The notes under the pieces: model-generated
What the model was told of the DNA's origin: nothing
Database searches by the model: none
What the model saw: only the letters and a program-made list of their open reading frames with translations
Position numbers and translations under genes: made by a program
Shown: piece after piece, positions 1 through 10,987 of the stretch
How the letters are laid out: each line of letters begins with the position of its first letter
How positions within the stretch are numbered: position 1 is the stretch's first letter
Assembly (NCBI GenBank): GCA_963755715.1
Contig: CAVWLW010000054.1
Location: 128,001 to 192,000, forward strand
Length of the DNA stretch: 64,000 bases
DNA from: an uncultured delta proteobacterium
GTDB taxonomy: Bacteria > Desulfobacterota > Binatia > UBA9968
Direction of reading: 5' to 3'

Positions 1-578
1 TAGAAACAGGTCACCAGTGAAAAAATCTTCAGCTTTGACCCCCCGGCAAGACGACGCCGGGCAGCAACGAGCATTTCTAAGTGTCGTTCTACCTTGTTCC
101 ACGGAAAGTGACGAATCCGTTCGAATGCAGCTCCGATACCTTCCAACGAAAAGACGAACTCGTTACATGCCAGCGCGATGAGCTCCGCTCGCTCCTCGTC
201 CATCAAAGTTAGATTTGAAATCACCTCGAGATGGATCGACCCGAGTTCGTGAACTCGGCGGAGAAAACGATTGAAGTGCGGTGATGTCAGTTGTTCCCCC
301 TGATCAGTTCCACCCAACCGCACGCATCGGACGTGGGGCAGCAGATGCTCCATCACATAATCAATGAGCTGTACTGGTGACTGTTGGGCGAGTAGGTCGT
401 ACACTCCGCGAGCGCAGTGGTCACAACGCAAATTGCATTTTCCATTGAGCGAAAACATCAACTTCTTCGGTGGAACCCGCCCGCTGAAATCCTGCAAGTC
501 CGTATCAGCGTCGGCATACCAAAACCCTCTTGTGTCTGGCCGAACTGTGTGCGATTCAACGCCATCCCGGAGAGTCAT
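1..578 (-). CDS. Radical SAM protein (N-terminal part, runs off window edge)
   Basis: Not in the ORF track. Manual translation from ATG 578 (AAGGAG RBS upstream) gives MTLRDGVES...KLMFSLNGKCNLRCDHCARG..., with a CxxxCxxC motif, open to position 1. Confidence 0.85.
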   Translation of the reverse strand, partial: MTLRDGVESHTVRPDTRGFWYADADTDLQDFSGRVPPKKLMFSLNGKCNLRCDHCARGVYDLLAQQSPVQLIDYVMEHLLPHVRCVRLGGTDQGEQLTSPHFNRFLRRVHELGSIHLEVISNLTLMDEERAELIALACNEFVFSLEGIGAAFERIRHFPWNKVERHLEMLVAARRRLAGGSKLKIFSLVTCF

Positions 579-653
579 ACGGAACTCCTTTGTGCAAGGT
601 GAGTAAATTAGTGATGTGTCAAATGGACATGCAGAGCGGGGCGGTATTCTGCC

Positions 654-870
654 TGTTCAGGTTGAGTAATCCTCCGACACCCAACCCCCCTGCCATGCAC
701 TATGCCGCGGGTTCCACTTCCTCTCGTTCAGGACAGACCAGCGGCGGCAGTTCGGCGACCGCGAGGGCGTCGCGGAGCGCCTGCGTCGGCATGCGGCCAC
801 TCAGCGATAGCCCTGGTGGCTGAGGTTGTAGTACTCCAAGAAGCGATCGAGGTCAAGTTGGATCTCCGCT
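654..870 (-). mobile_element. IS481-family transposase C-terminal remnant plus one terminal end
   Basis: Minus strand reads EIQLDLDRFLEYYNLSHQGYR, then a frameshift to SGRMPTQALRDALAV...*, resembling the IS481/IS3-type YN..H.G..GxTP tail. Followed by TGTCGGAGGATTACTCAACCTGAACA ending at 654. Confidence 0.6.
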
Positions 871-1134
871 GGTGTTTTCCTTTTCTGCTTGATGAAAAAC
901 CCATTGTTGTACTGGTCGGCTCGGCCGGAGAGCGGCCCGGAGGGGCGCGAAGTGTTCAAGATCGTACCGCTTGCTCGAACTCAGAGCGAGCGGGCGCCGT
1001 CGGCTTGCGTTGGCAAGCGGTTTTCGGCTCCTCAGCCAACGGAAAAGCCAGCCACCCAGAAATCCGCGATAGTATGAGTCGAAGTCGCCGTGTTCATCTG
1101 CTGCAGAATCGATCTCATCTGGTTCCATTCTCAT
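853..1134 (-). pseudogene. Short ORF coupled to upstream GT2, possibly a truncated gene
   Basis: ATG 1134 overlaps the TGA of the GT2 gene (ATGA). The ORF runs into the IS remnant. No motif recognised. Confidence 0.3.
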
Positions 1135-1838
1135 CGCGCCCGGGCGCCGCTTACGAGATCCAAAAATAACCGCCAGAAAAACAAGTAAGCCTTGCGGTAC
1201 GTCGGAAGCTTCGACTCGCCCCATTTGCGGCAGTATTCGTGGCTCCGGACTTCCGTCACGCGGTATCCACACTTGAGGAATTGCACGATCATGTGCTGCT
1301 CAACGTCGAAATCCACGGCGTGCAGCGGGACCTTCACGGCAGCGCTTCTTCGAGCGGCGCGGAAGCCATTGAGCACGTCCGTCAGATTCGATTTCCAGCG
1401 CGCATTGATCACAACGCTCAGAAACCCGCTTCCCATAGCGCGCAACCACGTGGTAAGATCACCTTGCCACTCGTCGCTGCCGCCACGGTGCCGGGAGCCG
1501 ATTACGAGATCGGCGAGATCTTGTTCGATGGGACGTATGATGTCGGGGATCTCTGCGGGATCATGCGAACCGTCGGCATCCATGAACACCTGGATCTCAC
1601 CGGTGGTTTCCCGGATTCCCACTTGATACGCATCACCCTTGCCGCGGCCGTTGTCCAGGACAACACGAGCTCCAGCTTGCTCCGCCAGTGCTGCGGTTTC
1701 ATCCTTGGAATGACCGTCGACGACAACAATCTCTTCGTAGTATGGTTTGAGGGACGCGATGAGACGGCCGATCCCGCCGGCCTCGTTGCGGGCGCAGATG
1801 ATCACGCTGATCACGCCTGGCAATACACCACTACGCAT
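1131..1838 (-). CDS. Glycosyltransferase family 2 (polyprenol-phosphate mannose synthase-like)
   Basis: SVIICARNE, VVVDGHSKDET, GKG, FMDADGSHDP, LVIGSR, DVLNGFRA motifs. Confidence 0.9.
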   Translation of the reverse strand: MRSGVLPGVISVIICARNEAGGIGRLIASLKPYYEEIVVVDGHSKDETAALAEQAGARVVLDNGRGKGDAYQVGIRETTGEIQVFMDADGSHDPAEIPDIIRPIEQDLADLVIGSRHRGGSDEWQGDLTTWLRAMGSGFLSVVINARWKSNLTDVLNGFRAARRSAAVKVPLHAVDFDVEQHMIVQFLKCGYRVTEVRSHEYCRKWGESKLPTYRKAYLFFWRLFLDLVSGARAR

Positions 1839-2385
1839 GTATCGCTGTCAAGAGACTCGAGCCTTTGCCGGACCCACGTACGGCAAAGAATTCCGCTTGG
1901 CCTCGCGGGCGTGGTCGTGATCTACGCTGTTCAGTGCTCACCCATATTGGTGATCTGATCGATAGCTGGTTGCTCGAACTGAGAAAAGTCGAGCCTAACG
2001 GATAGCTCCATGTAACCCTTCACGACAACACCAGCATTTCAAGAGTTAGAATGAACTCCGTCAGTATTCTCGGGGCCGCTTTCGTGAGAGAAACCAAGAG
2101 CGCGCCCTCGTCGAGCAACGAGGAGGTATGCTGTTGTCAGGCCACCGTTCTCTTATGTGTGCGCCCCTTCGGGGTTGGTGCCAAACGGCTCACCAGACCA
2201 TCAGCACATTCCCTCCATACCCCTCTAAAATTCGGAGTCAATTCAAGATATCATCAACAGGGCATGATTTGCGTCGTGTGTGCTGGGCAGAAGGGGTCGG
2301 ACTTCGCTGTCGGTTCGTATTGTTAGTTTCGTCTAAACTCATCCAATCGGTATCCGTACGCATGGGCCAATCACGAACTAAATCT

Positions 2386-3411
2386 ATGAAGAGTGTATTC
2401 ACGCGAAAAATTAAATCAAGTCTGCAGAGACTACTTGGAGATCTTCCGGCCTTCACAGAGCCCCGACAGCAATTCGTTGAGCTCCGACAGCAAGTCGGTG
2501 ACCTTCAGCTTCAGCTCGTCCACCTACAAGAGGGCCTTCTTACAAATCAATTTGATCACAGCAGCCGGCGCAGGATACTGAACGAGACGGCCGCGATAAC
2601 TCAGTCCGTCCAGCTCCTTTTGCGCCAGAAGTATAGAGACCTGCTCGACAACCACCTCGCTCTGCCAGAGCTGACGGATACGGAGTTCAGGTGCTTCTCC
2701 CAGAACGGTGAGGATGGGATACTCCTCTACATTTTCAGTATCCTGGGAACCACAAACAAACGTGTTGTAGAGATTGGTGCCGGAGATGGGATTGAATGTA
2801 ATTCAGCAAACCTTATCATAAATCATGGCTGGCAGGGGCTTCTGTTAGACTGCGACGAGCAGAACACCTCCCGAGGCAGGGAGTTCTACGCTAAGTGTCA
2901 AGATACCTTTGCTGATCCTCCGACTCAGGTAGCCTGTTGGGTCACTGCCGAAAATGTCAATTCGCTGATAGCGGATACCGGGTTCGCCGGTGACGTCGAC
3001 CTGTTGTCTCTGGACATCGATGGCATGGACTATTGGATTTGGCAGGCAATTCGGTGTATCTCTCCACGGGTGATAATCTTAGAGTTCAACCCCGTATGGG
3101 GTGCCGACCGCGCGGTTTCAATACCCTATCAGGCAGATTATCGGATTGATTACGGGCGGCGCCCTTATTACGCAGGTGCGTCCTTGTCCGCCTTCGTAAA
3201 ATTGGGAAGAGAGAAAGGATACAGGTTAGTAGGCGCTCAGCGGCTTGGATTTAACTCGCTATTTGTCCGTTCGGGCGTGGGCGAGGATCTCCTTCGGGAA
3301 ATATCCCCACGGCAGTGCTTCGAGAGCAATTCAGTCCTGAGAAATTGGGAGCCGAACTGGATTCCGGATGCTTCAGAACGGCCTGAGTGGAAGAATATCG
3401 TTGAGGTATGA
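2386..3411 (+). CDS. FkbM-like SAM-dependent methyltransferase-fold protein with N-terminal coiled coil
   Basis: FSQNGEDGIL...VEIGAGDGIECNS...DLLSLDIDGMDYWIW...LEFNP signature common in glycan loci. Start uncertain (2362 or 2386). Confidence 0.75.
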   Translation: MKSVFTRKIKSSLQRLLGDLPAFTEPRQQFVELRQQVGDLQLQLVHLQEGLLTNQFDHSSRRRILNETAAITQSVQLLLRQKYRDLLDNHLALPELTDTEFRCFSQNGEDGILLYIFSILGTTNKRVVEIGAGDGIECNSANLIINHGWQGLLLDCDEQNTSRGREFYAKCQDTFADPPTQVACWVTAENVNSLIADTGFAGDVDLLSLDIDGMDYWIWQAIRCISPRVIILEFNPVWGADRAVSIPYQADYRIDYGRRPYYAGASLSAFVKLGREKGYRLVGAQRLGFNSLFVRSGVGEDLLREISPRQCFESNSVLRNWEPNWIPDASERPEWKNIVEV

Positions 3412-3590
3412 CTCGACTTCGTTAACAATCCAAGCAGACCTTATCTTCGATCGCAATGTCACTTTGGCCGCTTACTGCCTTAATCGGGCCTACCGTGCAC
3501 CGATACGTTTCTCGACTAACTGTTAGTCTCCTTAGCTACTATAAAGCTACTTCAGACCAAAGACCCGTTTAGAAGTGGATTTCCTTGCAG

Positions 3591-4511
3591 TCAGCCCAGC
3601 TTCCACCACGACTTCAGCCACGCCTCGAAGCGATTACCCATACCGACACTTTGGGTTTTTTCGTTTCCAGATTTAGGTAAAACCTCCTGAACATCTAGTT
3701 TACTGCTTTGAAAACTCTTGAGAGTATACAGTAGTGACAGTTGTTTAATTAAAACCGCTTCTTTCATGAAATCTCTATTCTCAATAACGTTGTTGGGTCG
3801 CGCCCAAATTGAATTTTTGGGAGTGAACACAGAAAAGCAATCAATAAGAAGCTCATCAGTTCCCCAGTTAACTAGCTCTTGGCTAACACAGTGTAAACCG
3901 GACCGATCACAATACTCTGCAAACAACTCCGCTGTCATGCTCTCAGCACGCCAATGAGTCGAGGCCAAAAAAATCCTATTTATTACTAACTCTCTAAATT
4001 CAGTGGGTATTTTATCGATGAGCGAGAAAGCCTGTTGGTATTTCCCTAGGTTCGAGTGATGAATAAACCCAATACCATTTTGGCTGAGTTTCATTGCAAG
4101 TTGATTCAGGTAAGCCTCTATGACCTCAGCTTCCGCATGCACCAAGGAGTCAAAGCTAAAGACAAAATCAATTGACTTGTCTTGAATCATTGCTAATGAC
4201 TTCCCATCGTTGACGTAATAGTTAATGTGTGAATCGGAGGCAAACCTTTGCTGACAGGCTTTGATGCAATCTTCAGTTAAATCGACTACAGCTAGGTTTT
4301 CACAATACTTTTTGAGATAGGTTGTCCATCGCCCGAATCCCGGTGCAATCTCGAGAATTGTGCCGGTTGGAACAAAAGCATGAATGCGCGGTAATATCGC
4401 GCCGAACCATTGAGCTTCGGACCCGCCCCAAACTGCTGACCACTCTTCTCCTTGTTTTGTCCACTCATAATCTTGGTTCCAGTATTCCCTATTTTGTTCA
4501 ACTGTAGGCAT
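3591..4511 (-). CDS. Class I SAM-dependent methyltransferase
   Basis: ILEIAPGFGRWT motif I, DFVFSFDSLVH. Confidence 0.85.
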   Translation of the reverse strand: MPTVEQNREYWNQDYEWTKQGEEWSAVWGGSEAQWFGAILPRIHAFVPTGTILEIAPGFGRWTTYLKKYCENLAVVDLTEDCIKACQQRFASDSHINYYVNDGKSLAMIQDKSIDFVFSFDSLVHAEAEVIEAYLNQLAMKLSQNGIGFIHHSNLGKYQQAFSLIDKIPTEFRELVINRIFLASTHWRAESMTAELFAEYCDRSGLHCVSQELVNWGTDELLIDCFSVFTPKNSIWARPNNVIENRDFMKEAVLIKQLSLLYTLKSFQSSKLDVQEVLPKSGNEKTQSVGMGNRFEAWLKSWWKLG

Positions 4512-4766
4512 TGATAACCTCTGCCATAAAAAAGTTGTCTAACTCAGAGGAGGTCGGGGCGTAGCTGGGGCGGAAGACAGCACCATTGTCGGTTTCCTCG
4601 CGACGAGTTTACCGGCATCCAGTGACGACCGTGATTGGGACTTACCCTGACCGAAGATGGAATCCCTTATATATTTGCCCGCAAAGAAGTGGAAGTTTCG
4701 TTTTCCTCCACTAGTCGCGCTGTTAAGAGACCACCGACTCTTGAGTCAACGTTTTACGATCTATTG

Positions 4767-5825
4767 CTATCTTTCAACTACAGACGGCTGGTCCGTCCAT
4801 TCCTTAGCGGAGGCATCGATGGCGAGGCCTGAATTCCTATTGTTTTCAGTCTTTAATGCGTCTGAACGCCGATTGTAAATTCCCTTAAGCTTGCAGGCCC
4901 TGAAAGCGTTACGGTATGCTCGATGGAGAAAGTCTGTGGTGATGTCGTCGAGGTCTAATCCCAGCTCGAGCTTGAGGTTAGCAATCCGGTCCAGTTCACG
5001 CGCTGAGCGTATAACAGCGTCGTAAACCGTTTCGATTCTTCGCCACTCTTCTTCGGCACCAATCATTTCGGTCCACTTCTGAACTTCCGTGTCCGGATGG
5101 AGTTGACTGAAAACATACTGCGACTCACCCTGCCGTATAAGACGCGTGCAAAATGCATCAAAAGAAATGTCACGGACCATCGTGCTCGCTGCGTGCGCAT
5201 TATACACCACCTTTAAATTGCTCTTGGAAAGGCGGTAAGCGAGCTCAATATCTTCGCAGCCAAAGCGAAACACCGGATTGAAGACCCCGTACTCGATTAG
5301 AAACTTTCGCTTGCAAGAAGAACATCCGCCCCAAAAATAGCTGTAATCGAGCACATCACCATGTTTCAGGTTAGGATAGGAAAATAGATAGCAGCCAACC
5401 TCCGTTACATAATGCAACATCGGTTTCTGCGCTAGGTTGGGATCTAAAGCGACGTAGCCAAGCACCGCGAAATGATTGTCTGGATATTGACGATGTGTTT
5501 TCACGTGTTCTTCGAACAGCTTCGGACTGCAAAGATCATCGTCATCGAGAAACAGAAGAAGCGGCGCCTGGGAACGGTAAATGCCGTGATTCCTCGCGGA
5601 GGCAAGCCCAGCGTTGGCCTGATATGCATAACGGAGAGGGAGACGTCGCTCAAAAGACTCTACGACTTTCCTTGTATTGTCTACTGAGCCATCATCAATA
5701 ACGATTAGTTCAAATTTAGACCGGTCCAGGGTCTGCCCGAGAACACTTTCCAGAGTTTGCGACAACAATTCGGCGCGATTGAAGGTACATAAGATAGCGC
5801 TGAGCAATGGTGAAGACATAGCCAC
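4767..5825 (-). CDS. Glycosyltransferase family 2
   Basis: SAILCTFNRA, VIDDGSVDNT, NAGLASARNHG, FLDDDD, GCEDIELAYRL. Confidence 0.9.
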   Translation of the reverse strand: MAMSSPLLSAILCTFNRAELLSQTLESVLGQTLDRSKFELIVIDDGSVDNTRKVVESFERRLPLRYAYQANAGLASARNHGIYRSQAPLLLFLDDDDLCSPKLFEEHVKTHRQYPDNHFAVLGYVALDPNLAQKPMLHYVTEVGCYLFSYPNLKHGDVLDYSYFWGGCSSCKRKFLIEYGVFNPVFRFGCEDIELAYRLSKSNLKVVYNAHAASTMVRDISFDAFCTRLIRQGESQYVFSQLHPDTEVQKWTEMIGAEEEWRRIETVYDAVIRSARELDRIANLKLELGLDLDDITTDFLHRAYRNAFRACKLKGIYNRRSDALKTENNRNSGLAIDASAKEWTDQPSVVER

Positions 5826-5834
5826 GTGAGACCC

Positions 5835-6575
5835 TCAAGATGTGTAGGACTCTACAATGAAAAAAGCCTCGTCGGGCGACAGGTGCGGTCGAAGCGCAAG
5901 AAATTCTTTCATTTCCGTGCGGGTTTTATCATGTTGATAATAGAACCCAGACTTCCGCAGAGAGTGCGCGATCGGCACCGCATCGATAATGCCCATCTTC
6001 AAGCCGGCGTTTGCAATGATCTGCGGCCAGACAAAGTCGTAGCCCCAGCCCATAGGAGACGCTTCGTCAAAGGGGAAAATTAACTCAAAGGCTCTCTGGT
6101 GAACAGAAAAGATCGGGCCAATTTCAACAAACCGTGTCTGACGCGCTAACAAGCCGTCCAACTGCTCAACGAAAGGGTGACCGCTAAATCCGTCTACGAT
6201 CATGTGAGGACTAAAGCTGTCATGAGTCCTAGCAGGTTGTGCCAGCGCAAAGTCATATCGAGTTACCGAATCAAGATAGCGATCGAGAAAGTGCTCTGGA
6301 AGAACTATATCGTCGTCGCAAGCAACCACAAATTCAAAGCCATCGAGCTTGGCTTCTGCCAACAACTGGTTCAAAAGCGGGAATTTCATGGCCGGCGGGA
6401 TTACTTTTTGGACAGTGACGTCGGCTATTTCCTCGGGAACAGGGCCTGTTCCCAACCCAACCCATCGTTGCTCTACTTCCCATTTGCTGCTTCTGCCGAG
6501 ATCGCTTTTGATTTGACCGATGTAGCTAGGCTTATCCAGCAAATATACCCCAACGATCAGTACGGAATTATTCAT
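5835..6575 (-). CDS. GT-A-like / DUF707-like protein
   Basis: CDDDI (DxD), ALAQPART, TRFVEIGP, MGWGYDFVWP pattern similar to DUF707 proteins. Overlaps upstream gene (ATGA). Confidence 0.65.
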   Translation of the reverse strand: MNNSVLIVGVYLLDKPSYIGQIKSDLGRSSKWEVEQRWVGLGTGPVPEEIADVTVQKVIPPAMKFPLLNQLLAEAKLDGFEFVVACDDDIVLPEHFLDRYLDSVTRYDFALAQPARTHDSFSPHMIVDGFSGHPFVEQLDGLLARQTRFVEIGPIFSVHQRAFELIFPFDEASPMGWGYDFVWPQIIANAGLKMGIIDAVPIAHSLRKSGFYYQHDKTRTEMKEFLALRPHLSPDEAFFIVESYTS

Positions 6576-8809
6576 CCTATCTCAGCGATCGGCGAACTTA
6601 CCCCATCAACCTCGGGGGCGAAAATTCGTGCTAGGTTCGTTTGGACTACAGCTCTCGAAAAATTCAATTTTATGTGCAACAAAGCATTTTGTGACATTTC
6701 TTCCCAAAGTAGATCATCCGTGTAGAGGCGGACGACGGCGCTGGCAAACGCAACAGGAGAATCCGCTATTAGTACATGTTCTCCGTCGATGAGATTCATC
6801 CCCTCGGCCCCTATCGACGTGGTTACAACGGGCAAGCCAACGCCCATACTTTGCGCTATCTTCCCCTTTATCCCTGCACCGTAACGCAACGGCGCCACAA
6901 AAACTCGACAACCGTCAAGATAAGGCATCAGATCCGGCACATAACCTACGGCAACAACATCTCGGCTCGCTAGAGATTGCACTGCCTCTGTTATCTGGCT
7001 ACCTACTATATAAAAGACCACACCGGGTATGTCTTGACGGATCAAGGGAAAAATCTCTTTGACAAAGTAGCTGACGGCGTCCTCATTGGGGCTGTGAGAA
7101 TAATGACCAACGAATAAGAGGTTTTTCCGACCGGCTAAGGGTTTCACCTTGTCAACACAGGCATGAATAGTCGGAATCACCTCCACTTTTGCATTCTTTA
7201 TCTCTTCAAGTATTTGTGACCTCTCCTGATGTGTAACGGCAAAAACAATATCCGCCGCCGCAGCGTTGAACCCCTCCATCTTTCTATAATTCTCAGATTG
7301 TTGGCGCAGAACGTCGTCGTCCTTGATTCCTGATTCGCGTTTCATCCGCAGCCAGTGCAGGTCGACAGGATCGTAAATTACTTTGGCGTTGATCGCATAA
7401 GCACGAACGTAGGAAAAATAACGGTACGCTACTTCTGGATACGACAAGACCACAAAGCGATACTCATAGCCCTTCTCATAAAGGTGACGCAAAACAGCTT
7501 TAGATCCGTAAAGAACCTCAATGTTAAGTCGTTCGAACATTGCTTCAGTTCGATTTAATTCCTGGTTGGAGCCAAAAAGCCAAACATGCTCTGACTTCTC
7601 ACGATCCGCGCCAAAGACTACGATGTAACCTTCTTCACGCAGAATCTGCAGGATAGTAAATGCGCGCAATCCGCCGGCGGATTGATCCATGGCAGGCAGC
7701 CAGTGACCTAGGACCAGCACCGACCGCTCCCCAGTGGAGGGACATTGAAGGCGAGCGTCTGGGGCTAAATCAATTGGAGATGTCCGAATGTCAATTTGTT
7801 CTGTAAGAACGCCCTTAACAGGTTTCGTGAAAAGGAAGTGGAGACGTCTAAGAACCGCTGACTTCTGCCTTGTTTCACGATACTTGTTCAGCACTTTCCA
7901 TCCAATAGTATTCTTAATTGATTCGAGTTCTTGTTCGTGCACCCGCGTCGAGAACTGGAGGCTGTCTCTTAAGCTGTCTCGTTCGGCCGTGAGTTGGACT
8001 AGCTCACGCCCCTTTGCATCTAACGCCTGCTGTTGACGTTTTACCGTTACCTGAAATTGTTTAATCTCCTGGTTCAACCGATCCAGCTCCGGCGCAAGTT
8101 GACCTTGCTCCGCCTTTAGTGTGAGCCGCAATCCGAGTTGAAAGAAGAAATTTCTGATTGCTAAGACCTCTTGCCGTGAAGCCTGCAAGAGTGCTTGAAA
8201 AGCTTCCGGCTGTTCTGGGCCCACTGCAAGCACACCCAGACCGTGGCCATGAGTAAACTCAAAGTAAGGGTATCGCTCTTTCACTTCTTCCCATAGTCTC
8301 CGAACACCAAAATCGGCCGCATTTACATCATGAAAGAGAATGACACCGCGGGAGCTGGTTTTGGGAAGCCACGATTCAAAATCGTGTCTGACGACTTCAT
8401 ATGTGTGATCGCCGTCGATATGTAGAAGATCGATCGAACCGTCGGAGAAGTGTTTCAAACTTTCATCGAAACTGCTCTTGACTAGACTGGAGAAGTGTCC
8501 GTAAAGAGGGTCGTGATGTGCACGAAGATCAGCCAAGACTCCGGGACCGTAAAAACCAGCAGGAGAATCTCCATCCGAGTTATCAATCGCGCAGCAGCGT
8601 GTGCTTAGATCGAGCTCCTGAATAGCTTGACAAAAAGCACAATAGAAATCTCCATAATGCGTCCCCAATTCTACAAAGAGATTTGGCCTCAACAGATCTA
8701 CCAACAACATGGCAACCGGGATATGCTCCTGCCAGGCGGAGAAAGGCGTGAGGCGTCTTGGATTTGAGAAAACAATAGGATGGTCTAGTGGATTGAAAGA
8801 AGCGGGCAC
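6572..8809 (-). CDS. Methyltransferase (Methyltransf_24-like) + coiled coil + GT4 glycosyltransferase fusion
   Basis: FVELGTHYG and IDLLHIDGDHTYE..DFESWLP (MTase); heptad-rich linker; FVGHYSHSPNEDAV, VAPLRYGAGIKGK, GLPVVTTSIGAEG (GT4). Confidence 0.85.
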   Translation of the reverse strand: MPASFNPLDHPIVFSNPRRLTPFSAWQEHIPVAMLLVDLLRPNLFVELGTHYGDFYCAFCQAIQELDLSTRCCAIDNSDGDSPAGFYGPGVLADLRAHHDPLYGHFSSLVKSSFDESLKHFSDGSIDLLHIDGDHTYEVVRHDFESWLPKTSSRGVILFHDVNAADFGVRRLWEEVKERYPYFEFTHGHGLGVLAVGPEQPEAFQALLQASRQEVLAIRNFFFQLGLRLTLKAEQGQLAPELDRLNQEIKQFQVTVKRQQQALDAKGRELVQLTAERDSLRDSLQFSTRVHEQELESIKNTIGWKVLNKYRETRQKSAVLRRLHFLFTKPVKGVLTEQIDIRTSPIDLAPDARLQCPSTGERSVLVLGHWLPAMDQSAGGLRAFTILQILREEGYIVVFGADREKSEHVWLFGSNQELNRTEAMFERLNIEVLYGSKAVLRHLYEKGYEYRFVVLSYPEVAYRYFSYVRAYAINAKVIYDPVDLHWLRMKRESGIKDDDVLRQQSENYRKMEGFNAAAADIVFAVTHQERSQILEEIKNAKVEVIPTIHACVDKVKPLAGRKNLLFVGHYSHSPNEDAVSYFVKEIFPLIRQDIPGVVFYIVGSQITEAVQSLASRDVVAVGYVPDLMPYLDGCRVFVAPLRYGAGIKGKIAQSMGVGLPVVTTSIGAEGMNLIDGEHVLIADSPVAFASAVVRLYTDDLLWEEMSQNALLHIKLNFSRAVVQTNLARIFAPEVDGVSSPIAEIG

Positions 8810-9348
8810 GGACCTAGTTTCCCCCTACTTACTATTAGAGCTGAGACTTGGGACAACGGAAAATCTTACTTTTCCTTGCGGCTAGACCTCTCTTCCACGG
8901 AGCGTCCAACTTTGGGGGGTTGTTTGATTTTCGCTTTCTAAATTCCTCACTGGCGTCATTATTTCGTCATCGCCATCACATCTGATTGGATAATTACTTT
9001 AATTTGGTCATTTATTTGGACATTAACATTGAAACTGCGTATCCTCAAGCAATCCCTCCTTCTGGATTAGTTGACATAATCGTTCGCAATGAATATTTGG
9101 AGGTGAAATAGGTGTAGCCATGCCAGTATGATTCCGGTGGGTCATTCGTGATGTGAAGTGCGGTTCCGTTCGGCGGATCTATTTTCTCGTCTATTACCAC
9201 AACTGGGACTACTTAACGGAGCGTTCGAGCGCGTTCAGGGGCCGCCCGTAACTTGAGCGATCGAAATCGAGCAGCGATCGACGCCGTCATGAATGGTTAG
9301 TTCGATTATTCCAGCGCAATCTTCCGTGTCCGAATCTCATCTCTGATT

Positions 9349-10987
9349 ATGGTACACACATCGCGAATCAACGCTCTTCGGACTCGTTATGGCGAGCCTT
9401 TCTTCATCCTGTGCGTGTGCGTCGTCTTCACCACGGCGTATGCTCTGTGGGTAGGCCAAGACGCGAGTTGGGACCAGAAAAACTATTACTTCTACTCTGT
9501 TTACGCTTGGCTCAGGGGGCGAACGTTCCGCGATGTGGCACCTGGCCAAATAACGACTTGGCTGAATCCGCTGCCATATCTTTTACAGTATCTCCTGATA
9601 CAAAGTGCACCTCCTGTCGTAGCGGGACTTCTCATGGGCGCACTCGCTGGGCTAAACGGGCTCATGCTCTGGCTTCTGGCACGGCGGCTCCAGCGCGGTG
9701 ATCCCACCTGGCAAGGCCGCGGATGCGCTTACGTTATCATCTTGGTCGGTTTGACCGGTTCCATCTTCTTGTCGGAGGTTGGCACTACGTTCTTTGACTA
9801 TCTCAGCAGCGTGTTGGTGCTGGGAGGCCTCATTTCGATCACGCCACCCTCGTCGGAGATGGCCGGCAAGCCCAACGCACGGGACTTCCTTTTGGCTGGG
9901 CTTTGGATGGGCACCGCATGTGGTCTCAAATTGACGAACTTTATATACGCGATCGGACTTGGCGTATCTTTACTTGCACTATGGCCGGTGCTCCTGCTGC
10001 GCGGCCGTATGTTCTTGTCTTATACGATAGGAGCGGATTTGCGGCTTTCTCGTAACAGGCGGGTATTGGGCCGTGCATGTTTGGCTGGCCTTTGGCAATC
10101 CTATGGCTCCGTACTTTAACGATGTTTTCGCGTCTCCCATGTTCGTGCGCACCAGCTTCGCCGATAGAAGATTCATGCAGGGATCGCTGTTTCCCGCGGC
10201 AATCACATATCCGTTCAGGTGGCTTCTCGGCATGCATCCCACCAGCGAAGTACCGTTTCGCGATGCCAGGTTCGCCCTAGTGGCCGTATTCCTACCAGTG
10301 GCCTTGGTCGTCAGTGTGCTTCGACCCGGTCGTGGTCCGTCAGGCGCGGCAAAGACCGGTAGCATTGTTGAATTACGACAGTTCTGGCTCCACGGCCTGT
10401 TCTTCATAGCGTCATACGCAATCTGGCTGAAACAGTTTGGATACCAGCGATACGCTCTTCCGCTTGAATTATTGACCGGTCTGATGTTGTTCCTGAGTCT
10501 GGATCGGCTGCTTCGAAATCGGAAGGAGGTCACCTGCGTGTTCAGCGTGCTCGCCGTGTTTATCGTGATCTGGACTCGGCCCGCCAACTGGGGGCGAATC
10601 CCGTACGGCAACGACTGGTTCGGCATCGAGATACCACGAGACCAGGAACCCCAAACGCTATACGTGATGATGGGCCATGATGAGCCGTTCGCTTACGTGA
10701 TTCCTTTTATGCCAGACACATCCCAATTCATACGCCTCACCGGTAATATGCCTCTCGACCCTAACATGCCGCTCGGACGCAAAGCTCTGTCGATGATACG
10801 CGCACACACAGGGACCATTCGAAGCCTCGCTGTCGTGGAACTCGATGAAGAAAACCGCGCAAGATTGGCGCGCTTCGGTCTAGCCCTCACCCCAGGGAGT
10901 CAATGCGAACGGTTCCGGTCACGGCTCGATACATTTACCACGTGTGCTCTGACAAAGAATCACCAGGAGGGACATCTCGAACGATGA
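9349..10987 (+). CDS. Multi-pass membrane protein, GT-C-like glycosyltransferase candidate (frameshift ~10035)
   Basis: GQDASWDQKNYYFY, GLKLTN, FGNPMAPYFN, YQRYALPLELL and many TM segments. The two ORFs join if one G is removed. Confidence 0.7.

Noticed and set aside
9112-9126. TGGCA element upstream of the MTase-GT4 gene
   Set aside because: No GC at the -12 position.
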